From Candidatus Saccharimonadota bacterium (GTDB taxonomy: Bacteria; Patescibacteriota; Saccharimonadia; Saccharimonadales; Saccharimonadaceae), in assembly GCA_001029695.1 (NCBI GenBank), contig CP011211.1:330001-362000 (forward strand): a stretch of DNA of 32,000 bases, read 5' to 3'. This document shows positions 31,279 through 32,000 of the stretch, piece after piece. Position numbers and translations under genes: made by a program. Each line of letters opens with the position of its first letter. The stretch's first letter is position 1. The notes beneath the pieces were generated by a model that saw nothing but the letters and a program-made list of their open reading frames with translations, ran no database searches and had not been told where the DNA came from.

Positions 31279-31692
31279 CTAGGATGCTTCGTCAGCCTCA
31301 ATCGTCATACCTTCCTCGTAAGACCTACGCTGTGCATTTTGGTCAACCTTGAGGACGCGTGCAGATACCGTACCTCCTGGAGAGTTCCATGTGACATTCG
31401 ACCCCTCCAGCGACCCATGGAGTCTTTGCCCTAACGGACTAGTTGGCGTCACCAGCACAACCTCACTATCGAATGGATCGATCCCATCGACATGTGACGT
31501 GACAAGATCGTATTGTAATTCTTCACTGTCCTCGAGAAGGGTTACTCGCGAGCCAAATGTCGCGTGAGGGTTATCGTCGTGAGGATACTCAATCCTACGA
31601 ATACCGTTCAGCGCAGCCTCACCGAGTCGCTGTTTTATATGCTCCCACTCATGCGGCAATAGCTCATTCGTTGACGAAAACTTCTCAATCAT
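31279..31692 (-). CDS. GreA/GreB C-terminal-domain protein (Rnk-like), 137 aa
   Basis: The C-terminal part (GSRVTLLEDSEELQYDLVTS ... VTPTSPLGQRLHGSLEGSNVTWNSPGGTVSARVLKV) follows the GreA C-terminal domain pattern (G..V.....y.lV...e.....iS..SPlG.aL.G...Gd.v....p.G). The size matches Rnk-type regulators. GAGGGAGG lies 4 nt upstream of the ATG. Confidence 0.6.
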   Translation of the reverse strand: MIEKFSSTNELLPHEWEHIKQRLGEAALNGIRRIEYPHDDNPHATFGSRVTLLEDSEELQYDLVTSHVDGIDPFDSEVVLVTPTSPLGQRLHGSLEGSNVTWNSPGGTVSARVLKVDQNAQRRSYEEGMTIEADEAS

Positions 31693-31880
31693 GTCACCTC
31701 CCTCTTTTGCACTAGTTACTATACTCAGTATAATACTCTCTCACCGTATTCACCATAAGACTTAAGCTTGTATTTAATATTTTTTGTTTTATAGTCTAGA
31801 GTAAGCGTAAATCTTCGACACCCGTCGCAAGAGTCCACTTCTTCACTGAAACGGTCGCTCGCCCTTTACTAGTTGAGAAG

Positions 31881-32000
31881 GTGTGTTCTCATGGCAATTC
31901 GCAATGCAGATGCATTCGAGCTAGCCTGCAATGTCAAAAAAGCAAAGGCTGAGCGTCGCTATCAACAAGTCAAGCGAGCAGTAATGAAATATCTCGCTCA
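31881..32000 (+). CDS. possible 5' part of a CDS running off the window (MAIRNADAFELACNVKKAKAERRYQQ...)
   Basis: ATG at 31881, preceded by GAGAAGG about 9 nt upstream. The frame is open for the remaining 40 codons. This is too short to evaluate. Confidence 0.25.

Noticed and set aside
1-32000. CRISPR arrays, tandem repeats, IS elements, integrases, rRNA
   Set aside because: Reading the spacers and the ORF translations revealed no regularly spaced repeats, no transposase- or integrase-like ORFs and no rRNA-like sequence. The only exact repeats found are the two within or between the ABC genes.

Overview
This is a gene-dense, moderately AT-rich 32-kb bacterial chromosomal segment with about 36 protein-coding genes and 3 tRNA genes, most on the minus strand. 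Recognisable core genes are ddl, an SPFH/band-7 protein, rarA, a GT4 glycosyltransferase, a GH37 trehalase, a ZIP metal transporter, typA/bipA, a family-5 ABC substrate-binding protein, secG, a holin_4_2-family membrane protein, an M24B Xaa-Pro aminopeptidase, uvrC, a divergent MarR/MFS pair, a VIT1/CCC1 transporter, DUF1697, a LiaF-like protein, trhO and a tandem pair of ABC exporter half-transporters. tRNA-Gly(GCC), tRNA-Phe(GAA) and tRNA-Leu(GAG) all carry an encoded CCA. About ten short ORFs have no family I can name. The compactness, short spacers and gene mix suggest a reduced-genome bacterium, possibly Patescibacteria/Saccharibacteria-like, but this is inference only. I saw no rRNA, CRISPR array, transposase, integrase or prophage module. 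I do not see a convincing novel multi-gene system. The best leads are: (1) a small orphan-gene islet next to the tRNA-Gly/tRNA-Phe pair, with its own strong promoters and a structured RNA element; (2) a perfect 28-bp palindrome with the CRP consensus core TGTGA-N6-TCACA between trehalase and the glycosyltransferase; (3) a stand-alone promoter/SD/24-codon ORF/hairpin unit between trehalase and the ZIP transporter; (4) a pervasive leaderless-type promoter-to-ATG architecture; (5) a tightly coupled LiaF-like/PH-like/DUF1697 module; (6) a tRNA-Gly with an apparently compensated U19:A56 elbow pair; (7) localised nucleotide identity between the two ABC exporter genes. All family calls come from motif recognition by eye, and no database search was run.
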